From: the human T2T-CHM13v2.0 reference genome, Homo sapiens
NCBI RefSeq assembly: GCF_009914755.1
Contig: NC_060943.1
Reading direction: 5' to 3' (one strand)
DNA length: 64,000 nucleotides
Made by a program: the position numbers and the translations under genes. How positions within the stretch are numbered: position 1 is the stretch's first letter; each line of letters starts with the position of its first letter. Positions 18,885 to 35,699 of this stretch are shown here, in pieces. Below the pieces are notes generated by a model. The model had not been told where the DNA came from and searched no databases. It saw only the letters and a list, made by a program, of their open reading frames with translations.

Positions 18885-21800
18885 TTGCCTCCAACTTTGT
18901 TCTTTTTGTTTAGGATTGCTTTGGTTATTCGGGCACTTTTTTGGTTCTATATGAATTTTAGGATTGTTTTTCCTAATTATGTGAAAACTAACATTGGTAT
19001 TTTGATAAGAATTGCATTGACTCTGTAGATTGCTTTGGGAAGTATAGTCATTTTAATGATATTAATTCTTTCTGAATAATTAATGAAATTAATTCTTCTG
19101 ATATTAGTTCTTTCCATAAGCATGAAATGTTTTTTCCATTTGTTTGTGTCATCTGTAATTCTTTAATCAGTGTTTTATAGATTTTTTCTTTTTGTAGAGG
19201 CCTTTCACCTCCTTGGTGCAATATATTCCCATGTGGGGTGGGGTGTTATTTGGTAGCTCTCGTAAGTGGTATTGCTTTCTCGATTTGGTTCTCAGCTAGA
19301 TTGTTGTTGCTGTATAGAAACACTGCTGACTTTTGTACACTGACTTTGTATCCTGAAACTCCTGAATTAATTTAACTAATCTAAGAGATTTTTGGTGGAG
19401 TCTTAAGCGTTTCTAGATGTAAGATTATATATCACTGAACAGGAATAATTTGACTTCCTCTTTTCCAATTTGCATGTCTTTTATTTCTTTCTCTTGCCTG
19501 ATTGCTCTGGCCAAGACTTCCTATACTAGGGTTGAATAAGAGTGGTGAAAGTAGGCATCCTTAATCTTGTTCTAGTTTTTATCATTCAACTATTTCCCCA
19601 TTCAGTATGATGTTGGCTGTGTGTTTATCATGTGTGGCTTTTATTATTTTGAGATATGTTCATTCTGTACCTAGTTTTTTGAGCTTTTATCATGAAGGAT
19701 GCTGAATTTTATCAAGTGTGTTTTCTAAATCTATTGAGATGATCATATGGTTTTTATTCTTCATTCTGTTTTTGTGATGTGTTACATATATTAACTTGTG
19801 TGTGTTGGACCATTTTTGCATTCCTGGTATAAAACCTACTTTATCATGCTGTATTATCTTTTTAATGTGCGGTTGGATTCAGTTTGCTAGTGTTTTGTTG
19901 GGGATTTTCACATCCGTGTTCATCGGGGATATTGGTCTGTAGTTTTGTTGTTGTGTCCTTGTCTGTTTTTGGTATTAGGATGTTACTGGCCTCATAGAAT
20001 GAGTTAGGGAGATTTCCCTTGTCTGTGATTTTTAGGGACAGTTTCAGGATTATTAGTATAGTTCTTTTTGTATGTTTGGTATAATTTTTTTAATGTTGAT
20101 TTTTAAATTTTTATTTTTTTACTTAGAGATGGGATCTTGTTATGTTGGCCAGGGTGGTCTCAAACTCCTGGCCTCAAGCAATCCTCCTGTCTCAGGCTCC
20201 ACAGTGCTATGATTACAGGCATGAGCCACCACATCTGGCCTATTTGGTACAATTTTGGTATAAATCTGTCTGGCCCAGAGCTTTCATTTTTGGGAATTTT
20301 TTTATTGCTGATTCAATATTGCTACTTATTATTGGTCTATTCAGGATATCTGTTTCTTCTTGGTTCAATCCTGGGAGGTTATACGTTTCAAAAAAACCTA
20401 TAGGTTTTCTAGGTTGTGAGCATATAGTTGTTCATAGTAGTCTCTGATGGTATTTCTGTGGTATTGGTGTAATGTCTTCTTTTTCAATTCTGGTTTTGTT
20501 CATTTGAATCTTCTTTTTTTTCTTGGTTAGTCTAGCCAGCAGTTTATTACTTTTGTTGATATTTTCAAAGAACCAACTTTTTGTTTCGTTTATCATTTGT
20601 GTTGTTTTTTAGTCTTGATTTTGTTTAATTCTGCTCTGATCTTTGTTATTTCTTTTCTGCCAACTTTGGATTTGTTTTGTTCTTGTTTTCCTAGTTCCAT
20701 GGGGTACCATGTTAGGTTGTTAATTTGTTACTTTTTTGACAGAGGCATATAATTCTATAAACTTCCCTCTTAGCATGACTTTTCCTATATCCCAGAGGTT
20801 TTGATATGTTGTGTTGCCATTTTTGTTCATTTCAAACAAAATTTTTATTTTCTGTTTTTATTTCTTCTTTGACTCAGAGATCATTCAGGAGCACATTGTT
20901 TAATTTCCATGTATTTATACAGTTTTCAAAGTTCCTCTTGGTATTGATTTTTAGTTTTATTCAGCAGTCTGAGAAGATGCTTGAAATGATTTTGACTTTA
21001 AAATTTGTCGAGACTAGTTTTGTGGCCTAACATATGGTCTACCTTGGAGAATGTTTCACGTACTGATGAGAAGAATGTATATTCTGCAGTTGTTGGGTTC
21101 TGTAAACGTCTGTTAGCTCCATTTGGTCCAAAGTCCAACTTAAGTCCAATTTTTTTGTTGATTGTCTGTCTTGATGATATATCTACTACTGTGTGTGAGG
21201 TGCTGAAGTCCCATACTATTATTGTATTGCTATCTATATCTTTCTTTAGGTCTAGAAATATTTGCTTTATTAATTTGGCCTCTCCAATGTTGGATGCATA
21301 TATATTTAGTATTACTATATTATCTTGCTGAATTGATTCTGTTATCAGTATCTCATGATCTTCTTTGTCTTTTTGTACTGTTTTTTATTTAAAGTCTATT
21401 TTATCTGATACAACTATCACAACTCTTGCTGAAGCACAGTGGCGAGATCATAGGTCACTGAAGCTTCAAACTCCTGGGCTCAAGATCTTCCCACCTCAGC
21501 CTCCCGAGTAGCTGGGACTACAGGTTCAGGACACCACGCACTGCTAATTTTTAAATTTTTAGTACAGACGAGGTGTGGCTCCGTTTTCCAGGATGATGAA
21601 CTCCTGGGTTCAAGCAGTCCTCCCGCTTCAGCCTCCAAAAGGGTTGGGATTATAGGCGTGAGCCCCCGCACCCTGCCTGCAAGTCTTTTAATTCACTTCA
21701 ATTATCTTAGAATTTTCCTTCCCCACTTTATACATACGTACAGTGGAACTGAGGGTGTTTGTCTCAGGTAACCGATCAATGAAGTGAATAACCTGTAGGG

Positions 21801-22539
21801 GGCAGCAGAGCCTAAGGCCAGTGACACCCTGCTGAGGCCAGTCTGGAGCCGGCAAAGGGAGGGAAAGGGAGCTCCCCTGGGTGTTTCCCGGGCAGCCTGC
21901 CCTCTACTGCAGGTGGCCTCCAGCTGCTCAGAACAGCTGCGGAAGGAATGTGGATCCTGAGAAGCTACAGAGCCCTGGAAAGCAGGAGACTCACGTGCAG
22001 GTGCACTTTGTGTAGGGGGGTTGGGGGGAGGTTCTGTCCTTACTGGGGCTGTACCTAGAGCCTAGGGACGTTTTGCGGGGGCAGTGTTTGGTTTTTACGT
22101 GCAAAGGGTCCCGGCGACAGACTGTAATTTGTACATACAAAGATAATCTGTGAAGATCAGGCTCAGTAAGATTTGTCTGACATGTCACCTGGAGAAAGGG
22201 TTTGTGAAGGTAATAGTTTACTTAGGTTAGAAGCTTAAACTGACCCCAGGTGAGAACTTCTGCTGGTGAAAATGAAGTCTAGGGGGAGGAAGCGGTTCCA
22301 TATTCAGGGGTGGGACGGGGGGAGTGTGAGGAAGTCTCATCCCCAATTCCCGCCCTGTAGAGGACACCTGCCTCTCCCTCCTGGTGCAGTCTTGCCTGGC
22401 CTGGCCTGGCCTGGATTTCCTTCCTGCTATGAGGCAAAGGAATGACTCCATTGAACACCGAGTCTGGAATTCCCAGCACACATTTCTGAAAGATCGAGGA
22501 AGCTAACAGTGCCCCTTCTAACAATAAGTAGCAAGTTTG

Positions 22540-23260
22540 GCTGAAATGCAGATAGCCAACGACCAGGGCGCAGGGAGTGAGCTTAGCCTTAGAAAGGCTG
22601 TAGCTAGGATTAATCAGCCGGGCTCTGCAGGGCTCCGTTACCCAGGGCTTACCCTGTCACTCAGGGCTGAGGGGCGGAGCCTGGAACCCCATCCAATCAG
22701 GGGCCCTGGGACGGGGCCCTGCCAACTGTCAATCCGGGGAAGCAGAAGGCCGCACTCAGAGTCTCTGCACTCCTTTGTTGCTGGGGTCCGTTGCGTTCTG
22801 CATCCAGTCCTTGCTGCTCCGAGAGGCCCCAGGTGCCTCCGCCACGGCTCCTGTGACGCTGTCACCTGCGCTGTGACCTGCTCCGGAGTCATAAAGAGGA
22901 CGCCGGGACACCAAGAAGCAGGGAAATGGTAAAGTGCCCGGCCTAGCGTCCAGATACGTGGAAGAGGGGCTGGGTGGAACCAACAGGATCCTGCTGTGGC
23001 GGGACCCAGGCCTCCGCTCGGGCGACCCCGGCGATTGGGACCCGCGTCCCCCATGGCGTGGCTTGGCCCTCGGTCCGCTCGGCCGCCAGGTGGGGCTGGG
23101 CCCGCAGCTGGGACCCCGGGCGTCCTGTCCCGTCCCTACGCGGCGACTGCGGCCCCGGCCCCGGAGTCCTCTCTGGGCAGCTCCGCGCCCGCAGCCCGGC
23201 GTCTTCCCAGATTGTGCGGGGGCCACGGGAGGGTCATGGGGGGTCGGATGTGTCCCGCCT
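22540..23260 (+). promoter_or_regulatory. ZNF491: ZNF491 CpG-island promoter and exon 1
   Basis: CpG-rich; CTGTCACTCA 22654-22663, GC boxes, CCAAT 22693-22697; ATG|gtaaag at 22926-22928, typical of exon 1 in this gene family. Confidence 0.88.
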
Positions 23261-24668
23261 TTCTTCTGCTAAAAATTAAACTGAGGCTCTGTTAACAGTT
23301 AAAGAGTTTGTTGGAGCAACAGCGATTCCGAGTGAGAAACACCCGGTCATGGCTTGTGATTGAAGAAAAGGCTTTTATAAGTTGCATGAGGAGGCAAACA
23401 GGATTAAATACTTGATTAGTTACAGTGATGCTGTCGCCGTATGTGGACTTGTCAACCTGAAATAAAAGAATCAGATTCCAGTTTTTTAAAGTTTACTCAA
23501 GCAAGAAGCTGGGAATGGCCCATTTGGGAAAACACAGGATCCACGGAAATGGGCTCAGTGTTTCAAATTTAAAAGTTTAAGTTCTTGCTTATATAGGCAA
23601 GAAATTTAACAGGATTACAACGTTTTTTATACAAGGCTAGTTTGTGAGGCACAACAATTTAATCAGAGTTTGGCCCGCCCCCCTCCCCCCGCCCCCATAG
23701 AGCTTTTTTTTTTTTTTCTTTACATTTGGGTTTCATTTCCTTTCCAATTTAAAAGAGTATATTTAACATTCCAGCGTAAGGCAAGGTGATGCCAGCGTGG
23801 ACAACATGGCGAGACCCCGTCTGTACAAAATATTTTAAAAAATTAGTCGGGTATGGCCGGGCGCGGTGGCTCACGTCTACAATCCCAGCACTTTGGGAGG
23901 CCGAGGCGGGCGGATGACGAGGTCAGGAATTCGAGACCATCCTGGCCAACATGGTGAAACCCCGACTCTACCAAAAATACAAAAATTAGCTGGGCGTGGT
24001 GGCACGTGCCTGTAATCCGGCTACTCGGGAGGCTGAGGCAAGACAATCGCTTGAACGCAGGAGGCGGAGGTTGCGTGAGCCGAGATGGTGCCACTGCACT
24101 CCAGCCTGGCGACAGAGCGAGACTCTGTTAAAAAAAAAAAAAATTAGTCAGGTATGATGGCCGCTTCTGTAGTTAGTCTGGAGGCTGAGGCAGGAGAATT
24201 GCTTGAGCCCAGGAGGTGAAGGCTGCATCAACGACAGTATTGAATTTACAGCTAATAGGCAAGGTGAGGGAGAGGATGGAAGTTGGTTTAGTGTCAAGAA
24301 TTAGGGAAGAGATTGTCAAACGTAGGGAAAAGGGACTTGATTGGATATCAGGTTTGGGGGAATTTTCTCTAAACTCCCTTAGAAGGGTTTTTGCTACCAC
24401 AGGGCTCTGCAGGAAAAGGCCAAAGTCTACTCAAGAAGAGGGGGGCTCTGAGGAGCCTGACTAGTTTGATCAAAGAGGGAGTTTTTGGGACCCCTCTCCC
24501 AGCCTAGTTCTTCCCAGGTATGACAGTAAATCCCTAAATTTCTGGTTTTCTCCTCACATTCAAAAACACCAACTTCCCCTCGCCAATTGACATCCTTATC
24601 AATTATGTGTTTCCCATGCTACATTTGAAACAGCTGCCATATTTTATCATTTTTCCACAGACAAATGA

Positions 24669-25006
<338 letters not shown>

Positions 25007-25654
25007 TGAGCCTAGGAGTTCAAGACCAGAGTGGGCAGGGCAACATAGCAAGATCTCATCTCTACTGAAAACAACCAAACAAAATAGCTGGGCATGGTGT
25101 CATATTCCTGTAGTCTCAGCTACTATACTCGGGAGACTAAGGCGGGAGGATCGCTTGAGCCCCGAAGATCCAAGGCTGCAGTGAGCCTTGAGGGCACCAC
25201 TGCACTCCAGCCTGGGAGACAGGGTGAAAATTTTCCTCAAAAAAACAAAAACTTTAGGGCTTGGCATGCTGGCTTACACCTGTAATCCCAGCACTTTGGC
25301 AGGCCGAGGTGGGAGGATCACTTGAGTCCAGAAGTTTAAGACCAGCTCAGCAACATAGAGAGACCCCGTCTCTATTAAATAAATAAATAAAATTTTAAAA
25401 AGAAAAAAATTATATTTTGTTTATGAATATTTTTTATGAGAGGAAACTATTCAGTAACTACCCAAAATGACATTGGGTAAAACTCCATGGCTGATTCTTG
25501 ACATTGATCATCTTTTCATGTGTTTGTTGGCCATTTGTGTATGTCTGGGAGAAATGTCATTAAAATCCATTGCTTGGCTGGATGTGGTGGCTCATGCCTA
25601 TAATCTCAGCACTTTGGGAGGCTGAGGCGGGTGGATCACGAGGTCAGGAGTTCA

Positions 25655-25831
<177 letters not shown>

Positions 25832-27489
25832 TCAATTAGTTTTCCTTTTTGGTACAATAATTTTTCTAGTTAATTACAATAAGAAAAACCTTAAAAATTT
25901 TACTAGCTCAAGCATTTTAAGTGTACCATTGAGTTAGTTTGACAATTTTATATAACTTCTCTAAGATGAGTCATACTGCATTTTTCTTTTTCTGACTGGT
26001 CTTTTGCAGTTAGCTTAGTATCATGAAGTTTCATGCCTGTTGTAGTATGGGACAGGATGTCATTTTATAAGAATAAATAATATCCTGTTGTATATATATA
26101 TACATTTTCATTATCCATTCATCCATTGATTGGCATTTAGGTTGATCTACCTGTTGGGTGTTGTGAACAATGGATTTCAATTCATTTTATTTTATTTTTT
26201 ATAGAGATTGGATCTCACTCTGTTGCCTAGGCTGGTCTCAAATTCCTGGGCTCAATTGATCTTCCTGCCTCAGCCTCCTGAAAGTGTTGGGGTTACAGGC
26301 ATCAGCCACTGTACCCAGCCATCGATGGTTTTCAAATATTTCTTTGAGATCCTACTTTTAATTCTTTTGAATTGAATATAATTCGACCTAAAAGTGGGTT
26401 GCTGGAACATTTGGTAATTTTGTTTTTAATTTTTGAGGCACTGCCATACTGTTTTTCATAGCTAAGCCATTTTACAATCCCTTGGACAGTGTACATAGGT
26501 TCCAGTTTGTCAGCATGCTCATCAAAGCTTTCCATTTGGCATGTTTGATGTGTTTTTTATAGTTGAATTATGGAAATTCTTTATATTTGCTGAAAATTAA
26601 GACCATACCAGATATATGACTTACCAACATTTTCTCCAAATTGATGAGTTTTCTTTTCCCTTGTTGATAGTGTGTTCCCTTGCACAAAAGTTCTTAATTT
26701 TCATAAATCACATTACCTTTTTGTTAAGACTGCCCCCTCACAGAGTTTTTACCTCTAAACCTTGTCCCCATTCAGCCTTCAGCACTTCATCAATTACAAT
26801 TTATGTTGTCTTACCCCAGTATTATTTCCCATAATGGTTTTGGTCATGGGTTTCTGTTTCAGTTAGTTATGACTCTCTTAATCAGTTGGGTTGGTGAGAT
26901 CCCATGCAAAATTCGGTTTTTGTTTGTTTTTGGATTTGCCTGTGCTGTTTGAATGAGAATCAAATCCACTTTCCAGATACCATCAAAGGTTAAACTTTGT
27001 GAACACACATTTTCAAGTATATGTAGTCTCAGGACTGCTGTTGTGAGCTTTTTCTCTGCACATGAATTAGTAGGACTCTGTTACAAAAGATGCTACACAC
27101 CCAATGTACAGAGAGACATTGGGGTACCTAGGAAACACATCTTTCTCTCCGGATTCACCAAAAAGAGACATTTTCCTATTCTTTTTTTTTTTTTTTTTCC
27201 AAGATGGACTCTCACTCTGTTGTCCAGGCTGGAGTGCAGTGGCTCTCTCTTGGCTCACTGCAACCTCTGCCTCCTGGGTTCAAGTGATTCTCATGCCTCA
27301 GCCTCCCTGAGTAGCTGGGATTACAGGCGCCTGCCACCACACCCGGCTAATTTTTGTATTTTTAGTAGAGATGGGGTTTTGCCACATTGGCCAGCCTGGT
27401 TTTGAACTCCTAATCTCAGGTGATCTGCCTGTCTTGGCCTCCCAAAGTGCTGGGATTACAGGCGTGAGCTACCATACCTGGCCATAAAT

Positions 27490-28060
27490 TTGTTATTTTG
27501 GAATAATTTTAGATTTATAGAAAACTTGCAAAGATAATCTACAAAGTTCCCATATACCCGTCACCCATTTTCTTCTAATGTGAGCATCTTACATAACCAT
27601 GGTCCAACAAAACTAAGAAGTTATCATTTGTATATTACTATTAATGAAATTCCAGATTTTCAACAGTTTTTCCACTAATATCCTTTTTCTATTCCAGGAC
27701 CCAATCCAGTATACCCCACTGTATTTAGTTCTCATGTCTCCTTGATCTGCTTTGTGACAATTTCTCAGTCTTCCCTTGTTTTTTAAAATCACTTTGACAG
27801 TTTTAAGAGTGCTGGTCAGGTATTCCATAGAATGTTCCTCAATTTGGAATTTTTCTCATGATTAGACTGGAGTTAGGTGTTTTGCAGGAGAATGCCACAA
27901 AGGTGAAGTGTCCAGGCTCATCACTTGATACACCTGGTGACAGTAACCTTGATCACTTGATTGAAGCAGTGTTTGTCAGGTTTCTCCACTTTAAAGTTAC
28001 TATTTTTACCCCTTTCCATACTCTGTTCTTTGGAAGTGAGTCACTAAGTCCAGCACAGGT
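27490..28060 (-). mobile_element. Old L1 (L1MB/MC) 3' end fragment
   Basis: ataattttagatttatagaaaacttgcaaag...ttccaggacccaatccagtataccc antisense old-L1 3' UTR pattern. Confidence 0.6.
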
Positions 28061-28142
28061 CCAAGGGAGGAGGGCCAATTCAGCTCCATAGTTCTGGAGG
28101 CTGGGAAGTCTAAGATCAAGGCACGCCAGGCACGGTGGCTTA

Positions 28143-28501
<359 letters not shown>

Positions 28502-28622
28502 TCACGTGGCAGAAGGCTACATTTTCCTATTCTGCTGTTGCTTTACCCATAGTTACACTCTGGCATCAAAGTTGCTGTTTGAGAGGAAGTGAGTGTAGAC
28601 AGGGGAGTAAGAGGTCTGATGA

Positions 28623-28868
<246 letters not shown>

Positions 28869-29060
28869 GTAGGGGTGACAATATTACCTCCCTCAGTGAA
28901 TTGTAGAACATATGTTTCTAGTTCATCAGTGCTATTCAGGGATTTGGAATATGGATAGGCAATCCTTCGATGAACAAATCAGGCATGGCTGCAGTGTCCC
29001 ATAAACATGGAATCTAATGATTTTTAAATAATCTTATACTAATTCAGGACTATTTTTTAG

Positions 29061-29121
29061 GGAAAAAATGGAAAGACCAGAACATTGAAGATCAATACAA
29101 ACATCCCAGGAGAAATCTAAG
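29061..29121 (+). pseudogene. ZNF491: ZNF491 disabled KRAB-B exon
   Basis: (G)KKWKDQNIEDQYKHPRRNL(R); donor reads ATAATT where paralogs have GTAATT; polypyrimidine tract shorter than in ZNF440. Confidence 0.85.
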
Positions 29122-29303
29122 ATAATTTACACTCACAAGACAAAGAAATGTCTCTAAAGAAAATCTCAGATTGTCAGAAATTGTTAAAAAGAAGCCAACA
29201 AAAGAAATAAGCTCAGCATAAAATGTATTTATTCTTAGAAAGTTTTCTCGAAAAACATATATTTCAATGTGATATAGAGGTTTAATGTTCATAAAATAGC
29301 TTA

Positions 29304-29756
<453 letters not shown>

Positions 29757-30154
29757 TTAAAAATGCAGCTGGACATGGTGGCTCATGCCTGTAATCCCAG
29801 CACTTTGGGAGACCAAGGCAAGAGGACCACTTGAGGTCAAGAGCCCAAGATCAGCCTGGGAGACACAGCAAGACTCTATCTCTACCAAAAATAAAAAATT
29901 AGCTGGGTATGGTGGCACACACCTGTAGTCCAACTTTCTGGGGAGTCTGAGGTGGGAGGATCACTTGAGCCCAGGCGGTGAAGGCTGCAGTGTGTTATGA
30001 TCACACCACTGCACTCCAGCCTGGGTAACAGAGTGAGACTTTGTACCAAAAAAACAAAAACATTAAAAATGCAAGTGTAATACTTATTAACAAATATTAA
30101 ATCGCTTATAAACAGACCCTTAATTATGTGCTTGGCATTTTTCACAGAAATTTT

Positions 30155-31468
30155 ATGGGAGAGAGACTCTTTGAGAGTGCAGAAGGTAGTCAGTGTGGAG
30201 AAACTTTCACCCAGGTTCCGGAAGACATGCTGAACAAGAAAACTCTTCCTGGAGTAAAATCATGTGAAAGTGGTACATGTGGAGAAATCTTCATGGGATA
30301 TTCATCCTTTAATAGGAACATCAGAACTGACACTGGACACCAACCACATAAGTGTCAGAAATTTTTAGAGAAGCCATATAAACATAAACAACGTAGGAAA
30401 GCCTTGAGCCATAGCCACTGCTTTCGAACACATGAAAGGCCTCACACTAGAGAGAAACCTTTTGATTGTAAGGAATGTGAAAAATCTTTCATTTCTCCTG
30501 CAAGCATTCGAAGATATATGGTAACGCACAGTGGAGATGGACCTTATAAATGTAAGTTTTGTGGGAAAGCCTTGGATTGTCTCAGTTTATACCTTACCCA
30601 TGAACGAACTCACACTGGAGAGAAACGATATGAATGTAAACAATGTGGTAAAGCCTTCAGTTGGCACAGTTCTGTTCGAATCCATGAAAGAACTCACACT
30701 GGGGAGAAGCCATATGAATGTAAGGAGTGTGGGAAATCATTCAATTTTTCCAGTTCCTTTCGCAGACATGAAAGGACACACACAGGAGAGAAGCCGTACA
30801 AATGTAAGGAATGTGGGAAAGCCTTCAATTGTCCCAGTTCTTTTCACAGGCATGAAAGGACTCACACAGGAGAAAAACCCTATGAATGTAAACTATATGG
30901 GAAAGCATTATCTCGCCTTATAAGCTTTCGAAGACACATGAGAATGCACACTGGAGAGAGGCCTCATAAATGTAAGATATGTGGGAAAGCCTTTTACTCT
31001 CCCAGTTCATTTCAAAGGCATGAAAGAAGTCACACTGGAGAGAAACCCTACAAATGCAAGCAATGTGGGAAAGCCTTCACTTGTTCCACTTCGTTTCAAT
31101 ATCATGAAAGGACTCACACTGGAGAGAAACCCGATGGGTGTAAGCAATGTGGGAAAGCCTTCAGATCTGCCAAGTACATTCGAATACATGGAAGGACTCA
31201 CACTGGTGAGAAACCCTATGAATGTAAGCAATGTGGGAAAGCATTTCATTGTGTCAGCTCCTTTCATAGACATGAAAGGACTCACGCTGGAGAAAAACCT
31301 TATGAATGTAAGCATTGTGGGAAAGCCTTCACTTGTTCCATATATATTAGAATACATGAAAGAATTCACACTGGAGAGAAACCTTACCAATGTAAGGAAT
31401 GTGGGAAAGCCTTCATTCGTTCCAGTTACTGTCGAAAACATGAAAGAACTCACACTATTAATATATGA
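30155..31468 (+). CDS. ZNF491: ZNF491, KRAB-less C2H2 protein, 437 aa (10 canonical + 3 degenerate fingers)
   Basis: Acceptor cacag|A at 30148; first in-frame ATG at 30155 ([11 protein letters not shown]); uninterrupted finger ORF to TGA. Confidence 0.9.
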   Translation: MGERLFESAEGSQCGETFTQVPEDMLNKKTLPGVKSCESGTCGEIFMGYSSFNRNIRTDTGHQPHKCQKFLEKPYKHKQRRKALSHSHCFRTHERPHTREKPFDCKECEKSFISPASIRRYMVTHSGDGPYKCKFCGKALDCLSLYLTHERTHTGEKRYECKQCGKAFSWHSSVRIHERTHTGEKPYECKECGKSFNFSSSFRRHERTHTGEKPYKCKECGKAFNCPSSFHRHERTHTGEKPYECKLYGKALSRLISFRRHMRMHTGERPHKCKICGKAFYSPSSFQRHERSHTGEKPYKCKQCGKAFTCSTSFQYHERTHTGEKPDGCKQCGKAFRSAKYIRIHGRTHTGEKPYECKQCGKAFHCVSSFHRHERTHAGEKPYECKHCGKAFTCSIYIRIHERIHTGEKPYQCKECGKAFIRSSYCRKHERTHTINI

Positions 31469-32365
31469 GAGAAATGCTATTTTTTAATTTTTATTTTAAT
31501 AGAGACAGGGTCTCACTATCTTGTCCAGGTTGGTCTTGAACTCCTGGCCTCAAGCATCCCTCCCAGCTTGAAGTGTCAATAAAGGAAGGCAATAAAATGT
31601 AGAGATGGAGTTAGGTGATGCCACGCTGGGATTCACTGGTGGCCTATCTTACATATGATTTCGAAGGCAGACATGAGGAAGGCCTTAGTCACATTTTAGA
31701 GCCAGCCAAATTCACATGGGCTGTGTGGCCCCCTGATTCTAGCCCATTTTCCTGATTCTCTGGCTTGTCAATCAAGAGTATCCTCCAAATCTCTTGACTT
31801 TCCTTTTTTCAGAGGTGTAGGTTTCCAAAGATGTCCCCAGAAGCTCCACATTCAAGTTCTATCTACAGTTTGGTTTTTCTTTAAGTATTGTAATGTACAT
31901 ACCAGAGAGATAATGCAGACTGTCATGGGTGGGGAATGTTCTCTGATGCTCAACTCCCCTAGTCTGCAGATTGAGTTGGTAGGAGGTGTGATTTGTTTAC
32001 ATGCACCTTTGTTCCTGCTGGTAGTGACCTTGTTCTTGATTCAGCCTGACAGCTACTATGCTGCCATCAGAACCAACTTGATGAGAGCTCTGCTGCCCTG
32101 TGCAGTGACTGGTCTCATCCAGGACTCTCATGTGAGAAGGAACACCTTGCTCTGGTCAGGAAATGTCCAGTGTTTCCTGTTATCCACAGGAGAATGTAAT
32201 GCCTCAGTTCATTTTCAGTTATCTTTGATTATATGTGATTGACAATGTGTATTTTTGAGGGAGCAAAGATTTCTGTACATATTTCTTAAAAATAGTTTAT
32301 TCAGCTGGGTGCAGTGGCTCATGCCTGTAACCCCAGCACTTTGGGAGGCCGAGGTGGGCGGATCA

Positions 32366-32614
<249 letters not shown>

Positions 32615-33997
32615 TCAGTTGTGTACTTGCAAATGTTTTTCTCTTTTTTTTGTATACTGAGAAGCTCTATTAAAATATCCCTTGTCAACATGGATCAGAT
32701 CAAATGTATACTGTTACCAAATTATTTGTTTGATATTGTGAATCAATATCACCATGTGTATAAACCTCATTTATTTCCTGATGTAAATTATACATTTCAT
32801 GCATATCTACTTATAATTTTTACCTTTTTTTTTTTGAGACAGGGTCTTGCCTTTTAACCCAGGCTGGAGTGCAGTGGTGCAATCATAGCTCATTGCAGCT
32901 CTGAGCTCCTGGGCTTAAGTAATCCTCCTGCCTCAGCCTCCTGAGTCGCTGGGACTACAGGTGTGCACCATCATGCCTGGCTAATTTTTTTTTAATTTTT
33001 AGTACAGAGGAGGTCTTGTTATGCTCCCCAGGCTAGTCTCCAACTCCTGGGCCAAAGCAATCCTCCTGTCTCAGTCTTCCAAAGTGCTGAGATTATAGGC
33101 GTGAGCCACTGTTCCCAGCCACAATTTTTATCTTGACCATAATTTGTCATTCTTTTATAATCCCCGAAGTTAAATCTTGCTGTTATGGTGCTGTGTTGCC
33201 CAAAACCACCAGTACTAAAAAAACTGTTGTCAAAGAGGATGTAATAAATTGTAGTAATAAATATGACCACAAGCCATAAATGACTGCAGGACATACCAAT
33301 AAGAGGGTTCTCTGTAGAATTTCTTACAGGATTTCTGTTTTAGGTGCATTGTTCTCTATTCAAGGAGGTGAGTCATTTTTGTATATTGGATGCTGTCAGG
33401 ATGTGAACTTAATTGTACCACTGCTAATCATAGTAGTTCTCACCTAGAAGGAGAAAGAATGGATTGGAGGTAAACCTAATTGAAGACAATTGCTGGTCAG
33501 TCCATTATGAGAAGAGGGGAACTGGAATTTTTGGTTATTTTTATGATTTGAAATATGTTTTCTTCTATCCCATCTAGGGACGTGGTTACAGAATGCCCTC
33601 GTTTTTGTCCTGCTCCATCATGGTCACTGAGGAGCACTGCTTCACACTGCAGGTGTCTGACATGGCTTAAGATTTGGCCTTGTGGTGAGGGGAGGCAGCT
33701 CCCAGACTTGTGGACCTGTTTTTGCTTTACTTATTCTCCAAAACCTAAGATATTTCTTAGAGTGTATGAACACTGTTCCACAAAATGCTCCAGTTAAAAA
33801 TATATAAAATCACTTACTCCTTAGGAAGCTGTATAATACTTTTAAAGAAATTCCTTACTGAGTCAAGTGTGGTCAATATATTTATGTAACTGTCTGAATG
33901 CACGCCTAGGAAGGATGAAAGTCAGTATCACTATTCCAACCAAGCCTTTCTTGCTCAGATAATATGCTCTTGATGCACCCCTCTTTTTTCTTTTTGA

Positions 33998-34129
<132 letters not shown>

Positions 34130-34347
34130 TAATTTTTGTATTTTTTTTTTTAGAGACAAGGTTTCACCATGTTGCCCAGGCTGATCTCGAACAGGAGTTC
34201 AGCAACCCTTTTATGCCACACTGTAGAGTAATAGGCAACATGGAAAAGTTAGTTTTATATATTATGCAGTGGCATGGACCAATCCAATCACTTTTTTGAA
34301 GTGCCAGCCAAACTCTTCTTCAGAGAAGCCTGTTTGAAACCCCCTAG

Positions 34348-34704
<357 letters not shown>

Positions 34705-35072
34705 TGATCCACCTGCCTCGGCCTCCCAAAGTGCTGGGATTACAGGCGTGAGCTACTGCACCCAGCCCATTGCCTATCAGTTTTTATAGAGTGTCGCTTA
34801 GATCAAGAAAGAGATGGTAATACAGAGTTAGGTGTGTCTGAAACCAAACACGACCTCATCCTTCTCCCTTGAAGGCCAAATGCACTCTGAGAGTTTGGTT
34901 AGAGTACAAACAACGCCACCAACTTCACTCCAGATGTGATTTTCTACAGGAGGCGGGCACTGTGTTGGGATGGCCAGTGAAGGTAAGGAACACTAGAGGT
35001 GCAGGTTTAGGTGATGAACAGGACACAGCCTGGACATTATTAGCCTTGACTATGGAGGTGTCTTGATGTTTC

Positions 35073-35283
35073 TCAAATTGAGACCAGTCTGGCCAACAGG
35101 ATACTGAACTGGTTTTCGATGGAAAAATTCATCTGTATAGGGATCTATTCGCTTCCTTTAAGTTTCAGTTTCGTTATGTGGCATTTAGCATGAGTGACTC
35201 CATTTTGGTCTGATCTGGTTTCTAAGTGCCTAGTGCAGAAGCTCAGTCCAAAACAATGGCCTCCCATAATGTTCATTTTAACA
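35073..35283 (-). mobile_element. ERV1-type LTR 5' fragment
   Basis: gtgactccattttgg...ggcctcccataat...ttaaca, MER4-group-like terminus. Confidence 0.55.
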
Positions 35284-35298
35284 TTTTCTTTATACTAA

Positions 35299-35699
<401 letters not shown>

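Noticed and set aside
22537-23295. Overlapping GC-rich ORFs on both strands (also 38333-39152)
   Set aside because: Stop-poor CpG-island sequence with no recognisable domain
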